NCBI GenBank assembly: GCA_946629545.1
Contig: CAMOXZ010000002.1
Location: 1 to 38,105, forward strand
Origin: an uncultured Bacillales bacterium
GTDB taxonomy: Bacteria > Bacillota_I > Bacilli_A > RF39 > UBA660
Length of the DNA: 38,105 nucleotides
Direction of reading: 5' to 3'
Part shown: one piece after another, positions 25,778-33,524 of the stretch
Numbering within the stretch: the stretch's first letter is position 1
How the letters are laid out: every line of letters begins with the position of its first letter
Translations under genes and position numbers: made by a program
The notes under the pieces: generated by a model
What the model saw: only the letters and a program-made list of their open reading frames with translations
The model's database searches: none
What the model was told of the DNA's origin: nothing

Positions 25778-25854
25778 TGGGGCGTCGTATGAGAATCGAA
25801 CTCATGCGTACTAGTGCCACAAACTAGCGTGTTAACCACTTCACCAACGGCGCC
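25778..25854 (-). tRNA. tRNA-His (anticodon GUG) with encoded G-1 and CCA
   Basis: Folded by hand. Anticodon stem CTAGT/ACTAG, loop TTGTGGC, T-arm ATGAG-TTCGATT-CTCAT. The extra 5' G pairs with C73. There is one C-A mismatch in the acceptor stem. Confidence 0.9.
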
Positions 25855-25872
25855 ATTTCAAAATACATATAT

Positions 25873-25901
25873 ATTTTAGCAATAAATCTCTCTTTTGACA
25901 A
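25873..25901 (-). promoter_or_regulatory. Promoter for tRNA-His
   Basis: On the minus strand: TTGTCA, 17-nt spacer, TAAAAT, about 18 nt upstream of the tRNA 5' end. Confidence 0.55.
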
Positions 25902-25977
25902 GTATTATTTTTACTTTTTAGGTATTTGTCTATACAGATATTTACCCAGTGAATAAATTAAAAAGAAGGGAGAAATT

Positions 25978-26391
25978 ATGAATAACTATAAATACTATGA
26001 TTATTTGTATAGAAATAATATGAGTATGAATAATCAAAATTTGTTTAATCAACAAGAAGGTTTTTTTAAAGGAAATATGTTTTCAAATTTATATAGTGGG
26101 TATAAAAACTATATGCCACAAAGATTAAATCCAAGAAACGAACAAGAAAAAATGCTTTATGAATTAGATTCTATTAGTTTTGCAGCACATGAATTAAATC
26201 TATATTTGGATTTACATCCTGAAGATCAAAGTATGGTTACTTTATTTAACGATTATAGAAAAAAATTAGAGGAATTAACTAACACTTATGAATCTATGTA
26301 TGGACCATTAACAGTAAATTCCAATGAGATGGAAAATAAAACATTCTCATGGGTAAATACTTCTTGGCCATGGGAGGGAAGCAATGTTTAA
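25978..26391 (+). CDS. cotJB: Spore coat protein CotJB with a CotJA-like N-terminal extension
   Basis: The C-terminal half (FAAHELNLYLDLHPEDQ...YGPL...WPWE) matches CotJB. The N-terminal GFFKGNMFSNLYSGY resembles the CotJA GT(I/L)(F/W)P.LY..Y segment. AGGGAG RBS. Confidence 0.8.
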   Translation: MNNYKYYDYLYRNNMSMNNQNLFNQQEGFFKGNMFSNLYSGYKNYMPQRLNPRNEQEKMLYELDSISFAAHELNLYLDLHPEDQSMVTLFNDYRKKLEELTNTYESMYGPLTVNSNEMENKTFSWVNTSWPWEGSNV

Positions 26392-27028
26392 ATACGTTAA
26401 GAGATTACAATATCCAATTAATATTAAAAATAAAGATTTAAGAATGGCTAAATACTTAGTAACTCAATACGGAGGAGCCAATGGAGAATTAGGAGCAGCA
26501 TTACGTTATTTAAATCAAAGATTAACTATGCCAGATAATAAAGGTAAAGCTCTACTAAACGATATTGGTACAGAAGAACTAGGCCATGTTGAAATGTTAG
26601 AAACAATGATCTATCAATTAATGAAAGATGCTACTTTAGAAGAAATAAAAGAAGCAGGCCTTGATACTCATTATGCAGAACATGCAAAAGCCTTATTTCC
26701 AACAGATGCTAATGGTGTACCTTTCACAGCAACTTATTTTGCCACTACAGGAGATCCTCTAGCTGATCTTTCTGAGGATATGGCTGCTGAACAAAAAGCT
26801 AGAGCTGTTTATGAAAACTTAATAGACCTTACTGATGATCCTGATGTAATAGGACCACTTCTATGGTTAAGGCAAAGAGAGATAGTTCATTATGCTAGAT
26901 TTAAAGAATTATTTGAACACTATGAAAAGAAATTAAAAAATGGTAATAATGAAATAAAGAATACTAAATACATTCCAAACAATGACTACTTTATAACTAA
27001 TTTAAATAACTATGAAAACTATATGTAA
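26384..27028 (+). CDS. cotJC: Spore coat protein CotJC (manganese-catalase family)
   Basis: KRLQYPINIK..AKYLVTQYGGANGELGAALRYLNQR..DIGTEELGHVEM closely parallels B. subtilis CotJC. 8-nt overlap with cotJB. Confidence 0.92.
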   Translation: MFKYVKRLQYPINIKNKDLRMAKYLVTQYGGANGELGAALRYLNQRLTMPDNKGKALLNDIGTEELGHVEMLETMIYQLMKDATLEEIKEAGLDTHYAEHAKALFPTDANGVPFTATYFATTGDPLADLSEDMAAEQKARAVYENLIDLTDDPDVIGPLLWLRQREIVHYARFKELFEHYEKKLKNGNNEIKNTKYIPNNDYFITNLNNYENYM

Positions 27029-27054
27029 AAAGATAGAGTAATCTATCTTTTTAT
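27028..27054 (+). terminator. Intrinsic terminator after cotJC
   Basis: AAGATAGA/TCTATCTT stem followed by T-rich sequence. Confidence 0.6.
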
Positions 27055-27078
27055 GTTATATTAATAATAGGTGATTTT

Positions 27079-27636
27079 ATGGAATACAAAATAACAGTAA
27101 AGAAATTTTTTGGTCACTTACACACAGTAAATAAACATAGATTTAAAGTGCTTTGTTTATGTTGTAGAGTAGGTATACCTTTCCAAGGATTGGTTCATGA
27201 TTTATCCAAATATAGTCCTGAAGAATTCTGGGAAAGTGTTAAATACTTTCAAGGTAGTTATAGCCCAATAAGAAACTGTAAACAAACAGAAGGTTATAGT
27301 AAAGCATGGTTACATCATAAAGGAAGAAATAAACATCACTATGAATATTGGTCTGATCTACATGCTCCAGAACCACATCCAGTAATGCCATTTAAGTATT
27401 TCTTAGAATTGGTATGTGACTCTTATGCTGCAGGTAAAGTTTATTGTGGAAAAGGATGGACAGAATCATACCAAGAAGACTATTGGAAGAAAACAAGAGG
27501 GGATAAATACCTTAATCCTAAAATGGTCAAATTATTAGATGAAGTATACGCTAATGGAACTAAATATGGATTAAAGAAAATATTAAAAAAGAAATATTTA
27601 AAAAAATTATATGATAAATATATAAAGGAGGATTAA
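27079..27636 (+). CDS. DUF5662-like protein (HDLSKYSPEEF / WLHHKGRNKHHYEYW motifs), function unknown
   Basis: The motif pattern is recalled from the DUF5662 family. AGGTGA RBS. Confidence 0.55.
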   Translation: MEYKITVKKFFGHLHTVNKHRFKVLCLCCRVGIPFQGLVHDLSKYSPEEFWESVKYFQGSYSPIRNCKQTEGYSKAWLHHKGRNKHHYEYWSDLHAPEPHPVMPFKYFLELVCDSYAAGKVYCGKGWTESYQEDYWKKTRGDKYLNPKMVKLLDEVYANGTKYGLKKILKKKYLKKLYDKYIKED

Positions 27637-27637
27637 T

Positions 27638-28651
27638 ATGATATATCCGAATTTTCTAAAAGAAAAAGATTGTATAGGTGTACCAGCACCTTCAGATACA
27701 GCTAAAGATAGTAAGAAAGTAAAAAAGTATAAACATTCAATTAAGTATTTTGAAGATAACGGTTATAAATTAAAATTATCTAAGAATTTATTCACGTCTA
27801 CTATGGGTAGAAGTGCTGATGCTAAAACTAGAGGTAAAGAATTAAATGAAATGTTTAAATCAAAAGATATAGATTTTATTTTATGTGCTAGTGGAGGAGA
27901 GTTTTTAGTAGAATGTTTACCATACGTAGATTTTAATCTAATTAAAGATAATCCCAAGTTTGTTGCAGGATTTTCAGACCCTACAGGAATTCTTTTTCCT
28001 ATAACTACTAAATATGATATTGCCACTATTTATGGAAATAACTTTGGCCCATTTGGTATGGAGAAATTTTCAAGAAGTCATTATGATTTTCTAGATTTAA
28101 TTACTGGAAAGAAATTTGATTTTAAGAGTTATCCATTATATGAAAATGAAAGATTAAAAACAGTAACTGGATTAGAACCATATAACTTAAAGAAAAGAGT
28201 TAAATGGAAAACATTAAATGGTAAAGATTTAAAATTAGAAGGAAGAATCATTGGAGGATGTTTTGATCTTATATCTGAACTTATGGGTACTAAATATGAT
28301 GGTATGAAAGAATTTAATGAAAGATATAAGAAAGATGGAATTATTTGGTTCTTTGATAATTGTGAATTATCTATGGAAGAAACAATAAGAACACTATGGA
28401 AGATGAATGAATTTGATTACTTTAAATATTGCAAAGGAGTAGTATTTGGTAGATTTGGAGTAGAAGCATCAGGATTAGGATATGATGTAAAAAAATGTTT
28501 AGAAGATAGTATTTTAAATGAATTAAAAATACCAGTAATCTATGATGCAGATATATCTCATAAAGCAGAAACGCTACCTATATTAATAGGAAGTATTGCC
28601 ACAATAGAATGTATTAAGAATAAAGGAACTATAAGTTTTGAAATGAAATAA
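27638..28651 (+). CDS. LD-carboxypeptidase / S66 peptidase (LdcA/MccF-like)
   Basis: Nucleophile motif GFSDPTG and a C-terminal DADISHK (His) with an upstream Glu. AAGGAGGA RBS. Confidence 0.8.
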   Translation: MIYPNFLKEKDCIGVPAPSDTAKDSKKVKKYKHSIKYFEDNGYKLKLSKNLFTSTMGRSADAKTRGKELNEMFKSKDIDFILCASGGEFLVECLPYVDFNLIKDNPKFVAGFSDPTGILFPITTKYDIATIYGNNFGPFGMEKFSRSHYDFLDLITGKKFDFKSYPLYENERLKTVTGLEPYNLKKRVKWKTLNGKDLKLEGRIIGGCFDLISELMGTKYDGMKEFNERYKKDGIIWFFDNCELSMEETIRTLWKMNEFDYFKYCKGVVFGRFGVEASGLGYDVKKCLEDSILNELKIPVIYDADISHKAETLPILIGSIATIECIKNKGTISFEMK

Positions 28652-28678
28652 AAAAAGGAAATTAAATTTCCTTTTTTA
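28651..28678. terminator. Bidirectional terminator between convergent genes
   Basis: GGAAATT/AATTTCC palindrome flanked by an A-run and a T-run. Confidence 0.65.
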
Positions 28679-29387
28679 TTTGTTCAAATACTTTACCAAT
28701 AGAATCATGTATAACTAAATCACATAAATGATCATATTGAGTAATATCTTTGTTAATTAGAACCATATGTTTACCTCTAAAGTAATTAATAAATCCTGCA
28801 GCAGGATATACATTTAAACTAGTACCACCAATTATTAATAAATCACAACTAGCTATAGCTCTAATAGAATTCTTAATAGTATCTTCATCTAGACCTTCTT
28901 CATATAATACTACATCAGGTTTAATTATTCCTCCACAACTACATTTAGGAATACCATTAGATTCAAATACATATTTATCATCATAAAACTTATGACAGTC
29001 CATACAATAGTTTCTTTTTATAGATCCGTGTAGTTCATATACTGTTTTACTTCCAGCATCTTGATGAAATCCATCAATATTTTGAGTAATAACACAATCT
29101 AATTTATTTTTTTCTTCCATTAAACTTAATACTTCATGTGTAATATTAGGTTTAAAGTTTCTAGTATCTAATTTATCTTTATAGAATTTATAAAATTCTT
29201 CTGTCTTTTCTATAAAGAAAGAGTGCGATAATATCTCTTCTGGAGGATAATCATATTTCTCATTATATAATCCATCTTTACTTCTAAAATCTTTTAAACC
29301 AGACTCTGTGGAAACTCCAGCTCCACCAAAAAATACAGTAGAATTAGACTCTTTTATATACTTGATTAATGTCTCAATATCAGTCAT
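28662..29387 (-). CDS. cobB: NAD-dependent protein deacylase, Sir2 family
   Basis: GAGVSTESGLKDFRS, TQNIDGFH and HGS motifs, with a Zn module CMDCHK...CSCGG. Confidence 0.9.
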   Translation of the reverse strand: MTDIETLIKYIKESNSTVFFGGAGVSTESGLKDFRSKDGLYNEKYDYPPEEILSHSFFIEKTEEFYKFYKDKLDTRNFKPNITHEVLSLMEEKNKLDCVITQNIDGFHQDAGSKTVYELHGSIKRNYCMDCHKFYDDKYVFESNGIPKCSCGGIIKPDVVLYEEGLDEDTIKNSIRAIASCDLLIIGGTSLNVYPAAGFINYFRGKHMVLINKDITQYDHLCDLVIHDSIGKVFEQIKKEI

Positions 29388-29438
29388 AAAATCACCACTT
29401 TAATTATACTATATTATAGGTTGTGGAAAACTCCAAAA

Positions 29439-29467
29439 TTGACTTTTTTGCCATTTTGGTGTATAAT
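29439..29467 (+). promoter_or_regulatory. Sigma-A-type promoter
   Basis: TTGACT, 17-nt spacer, TATAAT. Confidence 0.55.
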
Positions 29468-29493
29468 GGTACATATCATTTGAGGTGATTGAA

Positions 29494-30087
29494 GTGAGAA
29501 AAACTAAAATTTTTAGTTGTCTTATCATAGTAGTTGCTGTAATGATGTTATCTATTGGCTTAATATTAGAAAGTGATAATAAGTTAACATCAGGTGCATT
29601 AGACATGAAAAACGCAGTTGCCAGTGCAATGAATGTTCAAGAAGGTAATAAAGAAGAAGTAGTTTCTGATTTATCTACTAATATTGAAATGGAAGCTGCA
29701 CCAGCTGCTTATTTAAAAATAGAAAAAGTATTTAGTGAAATAAGTACTGAAGAAGCCATTGCTGCTTTAAATGATGGAACATTAAAAATGGAATACTCTG
29801 CAGTATATTCATATAATGGTCTTAATAAAAGACGTGGTGCTATGTACTTTAATGGACATAGAGAAACTTACTATTCTGAAAAAGTATTACCTGGTAATGG
29901 ATTAAGAATTCCAGGAAGACACGTTGCAGACGATGGTACAATAAGAGATGAAAATGGATTTATCTGTGTAGCTGCAGATCCAGCATTCTTAGCTAAAGGA
30001 ACAATCCTAATCACATCATTAGGTCCTGCTAAAGTATATGACTGTGGATGTGCATATGGTACAGTAGATATCTACGTAAACTGGTAA
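29494..30087 (+). CDS. Secreted/membrane-anchored protein with a C-terminal 3D/DPBB-like (MltA/RlpA-type) domain
   Basis: N-terminal TM or signal sequence. The C-terminal VAADPAFLAKGTILITSLGPAKVYDCGCAYGTVDIYVNW resembles 3D-domain barrels. A GAGGTG RBS favours GTG 29494 (alternative start 29485). Confidence 0.5.
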   Translation: MRKTKIFSCLIIVVAVMMLSIGLILESDNKLTSGALDMKNAVASAMNVQEGNKEEVVSDLSTNIEMEAAPAAYLKIEKVFSEISTEEAIAALNDGTLKMEYSAVYSYNGLNKRRGAMYFNGHRETYYSEKVLPGNGLRIPGRHVADDGTIRDENGFICVAADPAFLAKGTILITSLGPAKVYDCGCAYGTVDIYVNW

Positions 30088-30091
30088 GACA

Positions 30092-30117
30092 AAGACTACA
30101 AAAGTAGTCTTTTTTTA
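30092..30117 (+). terminator. Intrinsic terminator
   Basis: AAGACTAC/GTAGTCTT stem followed by a T-run. Confidence 0.7.
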
Positions 30118-30130
30118 TACCTATAAATCA

Positions 30131-30139
30131 TGGTATAAT
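30131..30139 (+). promoter_or_regulatory. Extended -10 (TGgTATAAT)
   Basis: Read directly, upstream of ATG 30168. Confidence 0.45.
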
Positions 30140-30167
30140 AAATTATGTAATAATTAGGAGGTATAAT

Positions 30168-30734
30168 ATGATATGCCCAAAATGTAAAATGAAGATAAAT
30201 AATCCGGATTATTGCTTTCATTGTGGTTATATGTCCAATGGAAACGTAATTGAAACTAAAAAAACTGTTCCTACAATGCTAGAATTATACTTCAATGAAA
30301 AAGATGATAAATACATAAGAAATAGAAATTGGCTTGTTGCAGGTATTTTAGGACCAGTATATATTTTTTGTCATGGGTATTATGTAGTTGGATTATTACT
30401 AATTGTTTTAGATTATTTAGTTTCATTATTTTTCCTAATATTCAATCATGCATTATTGTATTACTATGTTGTCTTATTATTAAATGTTATTTACTTTGTA
30501 GTGAATAGAGTATTATGGGCAACAATTGGTAATATGATTTATCTTAAACTATTAACAAATAGACTAACAAAAATGAAAAATGATAACTATGAGTATTACA
30601 CAAAAGAAATCCAACAACTATATAAAAAAGATAATAAGTTAATAATATTAAAATATATTATATTTGGAATACTATTTATATTAATATTCTATTATATAAA
30701 AGAAGCTGTATATAATAATCTTGGACTTTTATAA
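30168..30734 (+). CDS. Zinc-ribbon plus DUF2628-like membrane protein (short paralogue of 21686-22867)
   Basis: CPKCKMKI..CFHCG zinc ribbon, then NWLVAGILGPVYIFCHGYY and TM helices. AGGAGG RBS. Confidence 0.6.
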   Translation: MICPKCKMKINNPDYCFHCGYMSNGNVIETKKTVPTMLELYFNEKDDKYIRNRNWLVAGILGPVYIFCHGYYVVGLLLIVLDYLVSLFFLIFNHALLYYYVVLLLNVIYFVVNRVLWATIGNMIYLKLLTNRLTKMKNDNYEYYTKEIQQLYKKDNKLIILKYIIFGILFILIFYYIKEAVYNNLGLL

Positions 30735-30747
30735 AAGTCTTTTTTTA
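30723..30747 (+). terminator. Intrinsic terminator
   Basis: GGACTTTT/AAAAGTCT stem followed by TTTTTTT. Confidence 0.55.
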
Positions 30748-30780
30748 TTACTAAAAACATATAATATGGTAGGTGTAAAT

Positions 30781-30809
30781 TTGACATTTTAGTCATTTTA
30801 TGCTATAAT
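30781..30809 (+). promoter_or_regulatory. Near-consensus promoter driving the candidate ncRNA
   Basis: TTGACA (30781-30786), 17-nt spacer, TGcTATAAT (30801-30809). This is the best promoter match I found in the window. Confidence 0.7.
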
Positions 30810-30815
30810 TATATA

Positions 30816-31444
30816 CGTAATTGATGGCACATTATTCTAGTCAATTACTTTATTATGAAGACGAGCTTAAAAATTCGTTAAAAGGCATATCTGTGAAACC
30901 TTTGGTGTTTGCTTCTTACGCCCAGTTTGGGGTGAATGCTGAAGATGAGAATCTTGGGAGATTCATAATGGCATATGAATTAGACCCATTATTCGTGGAG
31001 ACCAATTGTTGTGGTAAATCTATACGAACAACTTCTGATGATTTTATTACGAAATTGGATAGAACCTGTATTGTGGCGAAAGCTATGTGCAGTGTAGCCT
31101 GTCTTGCGTGAAGATTCTGGGATAAATGATCTCTTTTATTTTGGACGGCCACCTAAAATAAAAATTGCATTTTGAAATAGTCTTTGCAAAAAAGAATTAA
31201 TAATAGAGTGTTGGAGAGGAAATCTCCTAGAGTGTATTTTAATATAAGATTGCAGTGGGCACTAAGTGGTAATCAAGTCATATGAATGGAAACATCATAT
31301 TGATTCTTTTAAAGGGGAACCACAATATTGGTAACGATATTGTAAGAATCAGGGAAATCCTACTTGACCTATGGCTCAAAGTTAATTATATTGAATGCTA
31401 AACAATTTTAACAAAAAATAAGTAGTCAAACTACTTTTTTTTTT
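30816..31444 (+). ncRNA. Candidate large (about 630 nt) structured non-coding RNA; family not assignable by eye (size class of OLE/ROOL-type RNAs)
   Basis: It has its own promoter and terminator and no RBS-preceded ORF. G+C counted by hand is 28/60 (30901-30960) and 24/60 (31081-31140), against 14/60 in neighbouring coding DNA (31501-31560). Helices found: 30817-24/30841-48 (8 bp); 30949-54/30959-64; a GAAA-capped stem at 31072-87; GGAGA-GGAAA-TCTCC at 31213-27; 31280-85/31295-300; and 31301-08/31344-51 (8 bp) enclosing 31322-28/31337-43 (7 bp). Confidence 0.6.
31420..31444 (+). terminator. Intrinsic terminator ending the candidate ncRNA
   Basis: AAGTAG/CTACTT stem followed by 10 consecutive T. 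Confidence 0.65.
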
Positions 31445-31452
31445 GCTATAAT
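31444..31452 (+). promoter_or_regulatory. Extended -10 (TGcTATAAT) abutting the ncRNA terminator T-run; promoter for the downstream operon
   Basis: Read directly, 22 nt upstream of ATG 31475. It is the same TGCTATAAT 9-mer as the ncRNA promoter. Confidence 0.5.
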
Positions 31453-31474
31453 TATTATAGTATGGAGGTCTATT

Positions 31475-31963
31475 ATGGAATTAGATGATTGGAAAGACTT
31501 GGATTCTAATATAGAAGTCAAACTAGATAGAAAAGAATTTAAAATAACTGAGTTAAAACTAGAACACTATTGGAATTATGATATAGATGAAGGTATGCCT
31601 ATAAAGACAAGTGTAGAGTTAACTAGTAAACTTAATTTTGAAACAGATAAACTAGATTGGAAAAAGATTATTTCTCATACTTATAAAGATTTAGAAAACA
31701 ATGATGTAACTGACACATATGAAGAATTAGTAGATGATAGTATTATTAGTGAAATAGAAAAATATGATTTACGAGATTTAAATAATAATTATTATAATGA
31801 TTCAACACCTGAAAGTTATACTCACTGGGAATTAACATATAATAATTATTTTAAAATAGTAGGAACATATGATCTTGAAATAGAAGAAGTAACAAGAATT
31901 AAAAGACTACTAGATTTTAAAAGAATAATAGAAGAAGCAAAAGATAAAAACAAACTAAATTAG
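31475..31963 (+). CDS. Acidic 162-aa protein, function unknown
   Basis: GGAGG RBS. Rich in D/E/N/Y. No motif I recognise. Confidence 0.5.
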   Translation: MELDDWKDLDSNIEVKLDRKEFKITELKLEHYWNYDIDEGMPIKTSVELTSKLNFETDKLDWKKIISHTYKDLENNDVTDTYEELVDDSIISEIEKYDLRDLNNNYYNDSTPESYTHWELTYNNYFKIVGTYDLEIEEVTRIKRLLDFKRIIEEAKDKNKLN

Positions 31964-31973
31964 GAGTGATTGT

Positions 31974-33524
31974 ATGGGATTAATGAATATATATAATAAT
32001 GCAAGAAATCCTATTGATGACATTAATATAATTAATAAAATATTAGAATTATATGCAAATGGTAAATCATTATATCACAATATTGTACGTGTCTATAATA
32101 GAGTAGACTCAAGAAAGTATTCGATACCAGATTATAATGAATTATATGCTATGTTATTTAATAAATGGAAACAAAGTGTTGTTAGTATGACATATGAAGA
32201 ATATGTTAATTTATGTTCTAAAGGAGTATTAAAACAAGATTTTAAAAAACTAAGAAGCTTTTTAAAAACAGTACCTGATGTAAGTACTAAAGAAGAAGCT
32301 GATAAAATTTTATCTATAGAGACAAAAGATAAAGAACTACAAGATGCTATGTATAGATATAGATATAATTCATTTGGTGAAGCATCAGGTTGGGAACATT
32401 TTTATTCTAGATATATTCATGCTAAAAAAGATAAAGATGAACAAATAGATCATAGATTATATTTAAGTGTAGATAGTAGAGGACTTTTTCAAGTAGCAAA
32501 GTATTTTACTGAAATATGTGAAAAAGAAAATATACCATATTATTTTAAATATGATGTAGGTACATCTAGAGATGATTCAATGGTAGTATATTCATCTACA
32601 AAAAATTTAGAAAAATATATAGATATACTTAGAACTATTAAGAAAGAACATCCAGAATTAGAACAATTTTTAAATAAACCTCCAGTTCTTTCAGCACCAA
32701 TTGATGAATGGATTGGCTATGGTTCAGAACCAGTTTGTACTAAAGAAAATGGTGATAGATATTCATTTAATTCAATGAGAGAAGAAATAATTGAAAATGC
32801 AATTTCAAGTGTTACCGGTAAGTGGGTTAATGATCATAGAAATATGAATATAAATTTCCGTGGTAATAAAATTACTTTTGAAGAATATATTATTAATTGC
32901 ATAACAGATAGACAACGTATAGAGTTAAATAAGAAAATTAATTATTGGGAAAGTGAAAATATAAGAGTTGCTAAAGTTAAGGGAAAAGATTTTATACCAT
33001 ATGTTATTGAAGATATGGTTGGATGTACAAAAGCAGATGTTACAAATCCTAAATTTAGAGATTATTTATATAATAACCTATATAGTCAAAAAGATAGAAT
33101 TATGGATACTATAATTAGTGGAAATTATAAAGGAACACCTGACTTTAAAATTAATGGTAGAAATAATAAAAGTATTGGAGTTACAGGACAAGATATAAAG
33201 AAAACAATGTGTGTAATATATACTCAAATTTCAAAATTTGATCCTAATTATGCTAAAGATATTCAAACATATATAAAAGAAATTTCTGTTCAATATGGAG
33301 TAGATCCTAATAACTTTAGTTTTGATAAAAAAAGAGTACAAGATATGATGGTATATGATAAAAAAGTAGCAAGTCAAAACCAAGTACAAGAAGATAAAAA
33401 AGAGTTAAATGAAATGTTAAAAAAAGAAGTAGTTAAGCCTCGAAATAGATGGGCAAATGAAACAGATGAAGAGTATGAAAAATACTTAAAAGAGTTTTAT
33501 GGTGGGGAAGGTAATAGAATATGA
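31974..33524 (+). CDS. 516-aa protein with a central HopA1 / LanKC-N-terminal(lyase)-like segment, function unknown
   Basis: AGGAG RBS. DHRLYLSVD...IPYYFKYD...SRDDSMVVYSS...PPVLSAPI..GYGSEP follows the strand/FK/R.D..V.Y pattern I associate with the HopA1 and class III lanthionine synthetase N-terminal family. This is a resemblance only. Confidence 0.4.
   Translation: MGLMNIYNNARNPIDDINIINKILELYANGKSLYHNIVRVYNRVDSRKYSIPDYNELYAMLFNKWKQSVVSMTYEEYVNLCSKGVLKQDFKKLRSFLKTVPDVSTKEEADKILSIETKDKELQDAMYRYRYNSFGEASGWEHFYSRYIHAKKDKDEQIDHRLYLSVDSRGLFQVAKYFTEICEKENIPYYFKYDVGTSRDDSMVVYSSTKNLEKYIDILRTIKKEHPELEQFLNKPPVLSAPIDEWIGYGSEPVCTKENGDRYSFNSMREEIIENAISSVTGKWVNDHRNMNINFRGNKITFEEYIINCITDRQRIELNKKINYWESENIRVAKVKGKDFIPYVIEDMVGCTKADVTNPKFRDYLYNNLYSQKDRIMDTIISGNYKGTPDFKINGRNNKSIGVTGQDIKKTMCVIYTQISKFDPNYAKDIQTYIKEISVQYGVDPNNFSFDKKRVQDMMVYDKKVASQNQVQEDKKELNEMLKKEVVKPRNRWANETDEEYEKYLKEFYGGEGNRI

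Noticed and set aside
25895-25900. TTGACA on the + strand as a sigma-A -35 box for the cotJ operon.
   Set aside because: No acceptable -10 hexamer lies 16-18 nt downstream. The same bases read on the minus strand form the -35 (TTGTCA) of a well-spaced tRNA-His promoter. cotJ is expected to use a sporulation sigma factor.
30821-31152. 96-aa ORF (+, 30821-31111) and 78-aa ORF (-, 30916-31152) inside the G+C-rich interval.
   Set aside because: The + ORF starts on TTG only 5 nt from the predicted TSS and has no Shine-Dalgarno sequence. Its Cys/Ala/Val-rich composition is unlike every other protein here. Two long ORFs overlapping on opposite strands are expected simply because higher G+C removes stop codons. 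The region is better explained as structured RNA.
31282-31401. 39-aa ORF (MNGNIILILLKGNHNIGNDIVRIREILLDLWLKVNYIEC) within the 3' part of the candidate RNA.
   Set aside because: It has no RBS upstream, and the ATG lies inside the 31280-31300 hairpin. It spans the two strongest helices.
30816-31444. Known RNA identities for the large RNA: RNase P RNA, tmRNA, SRP/6S RNA, group II intron, T-box, and TPP/FMN/glycine/cyclic-dinucleotide riboswitch cores. Also box C/D-like UGAUGA (31036-31041) and CUGA (30939-30942).
   Set aside because: None of the hallmark conserved strings is present (GAGGAAAGUCC, the tRNA-like 3' end with UCCACCA, domain V, GGGUGGUACC, and so on). The box C/D-like hexamer and tetramer are too short to mean anything by themselves. 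The identity remains open and needs covariance-model searches.
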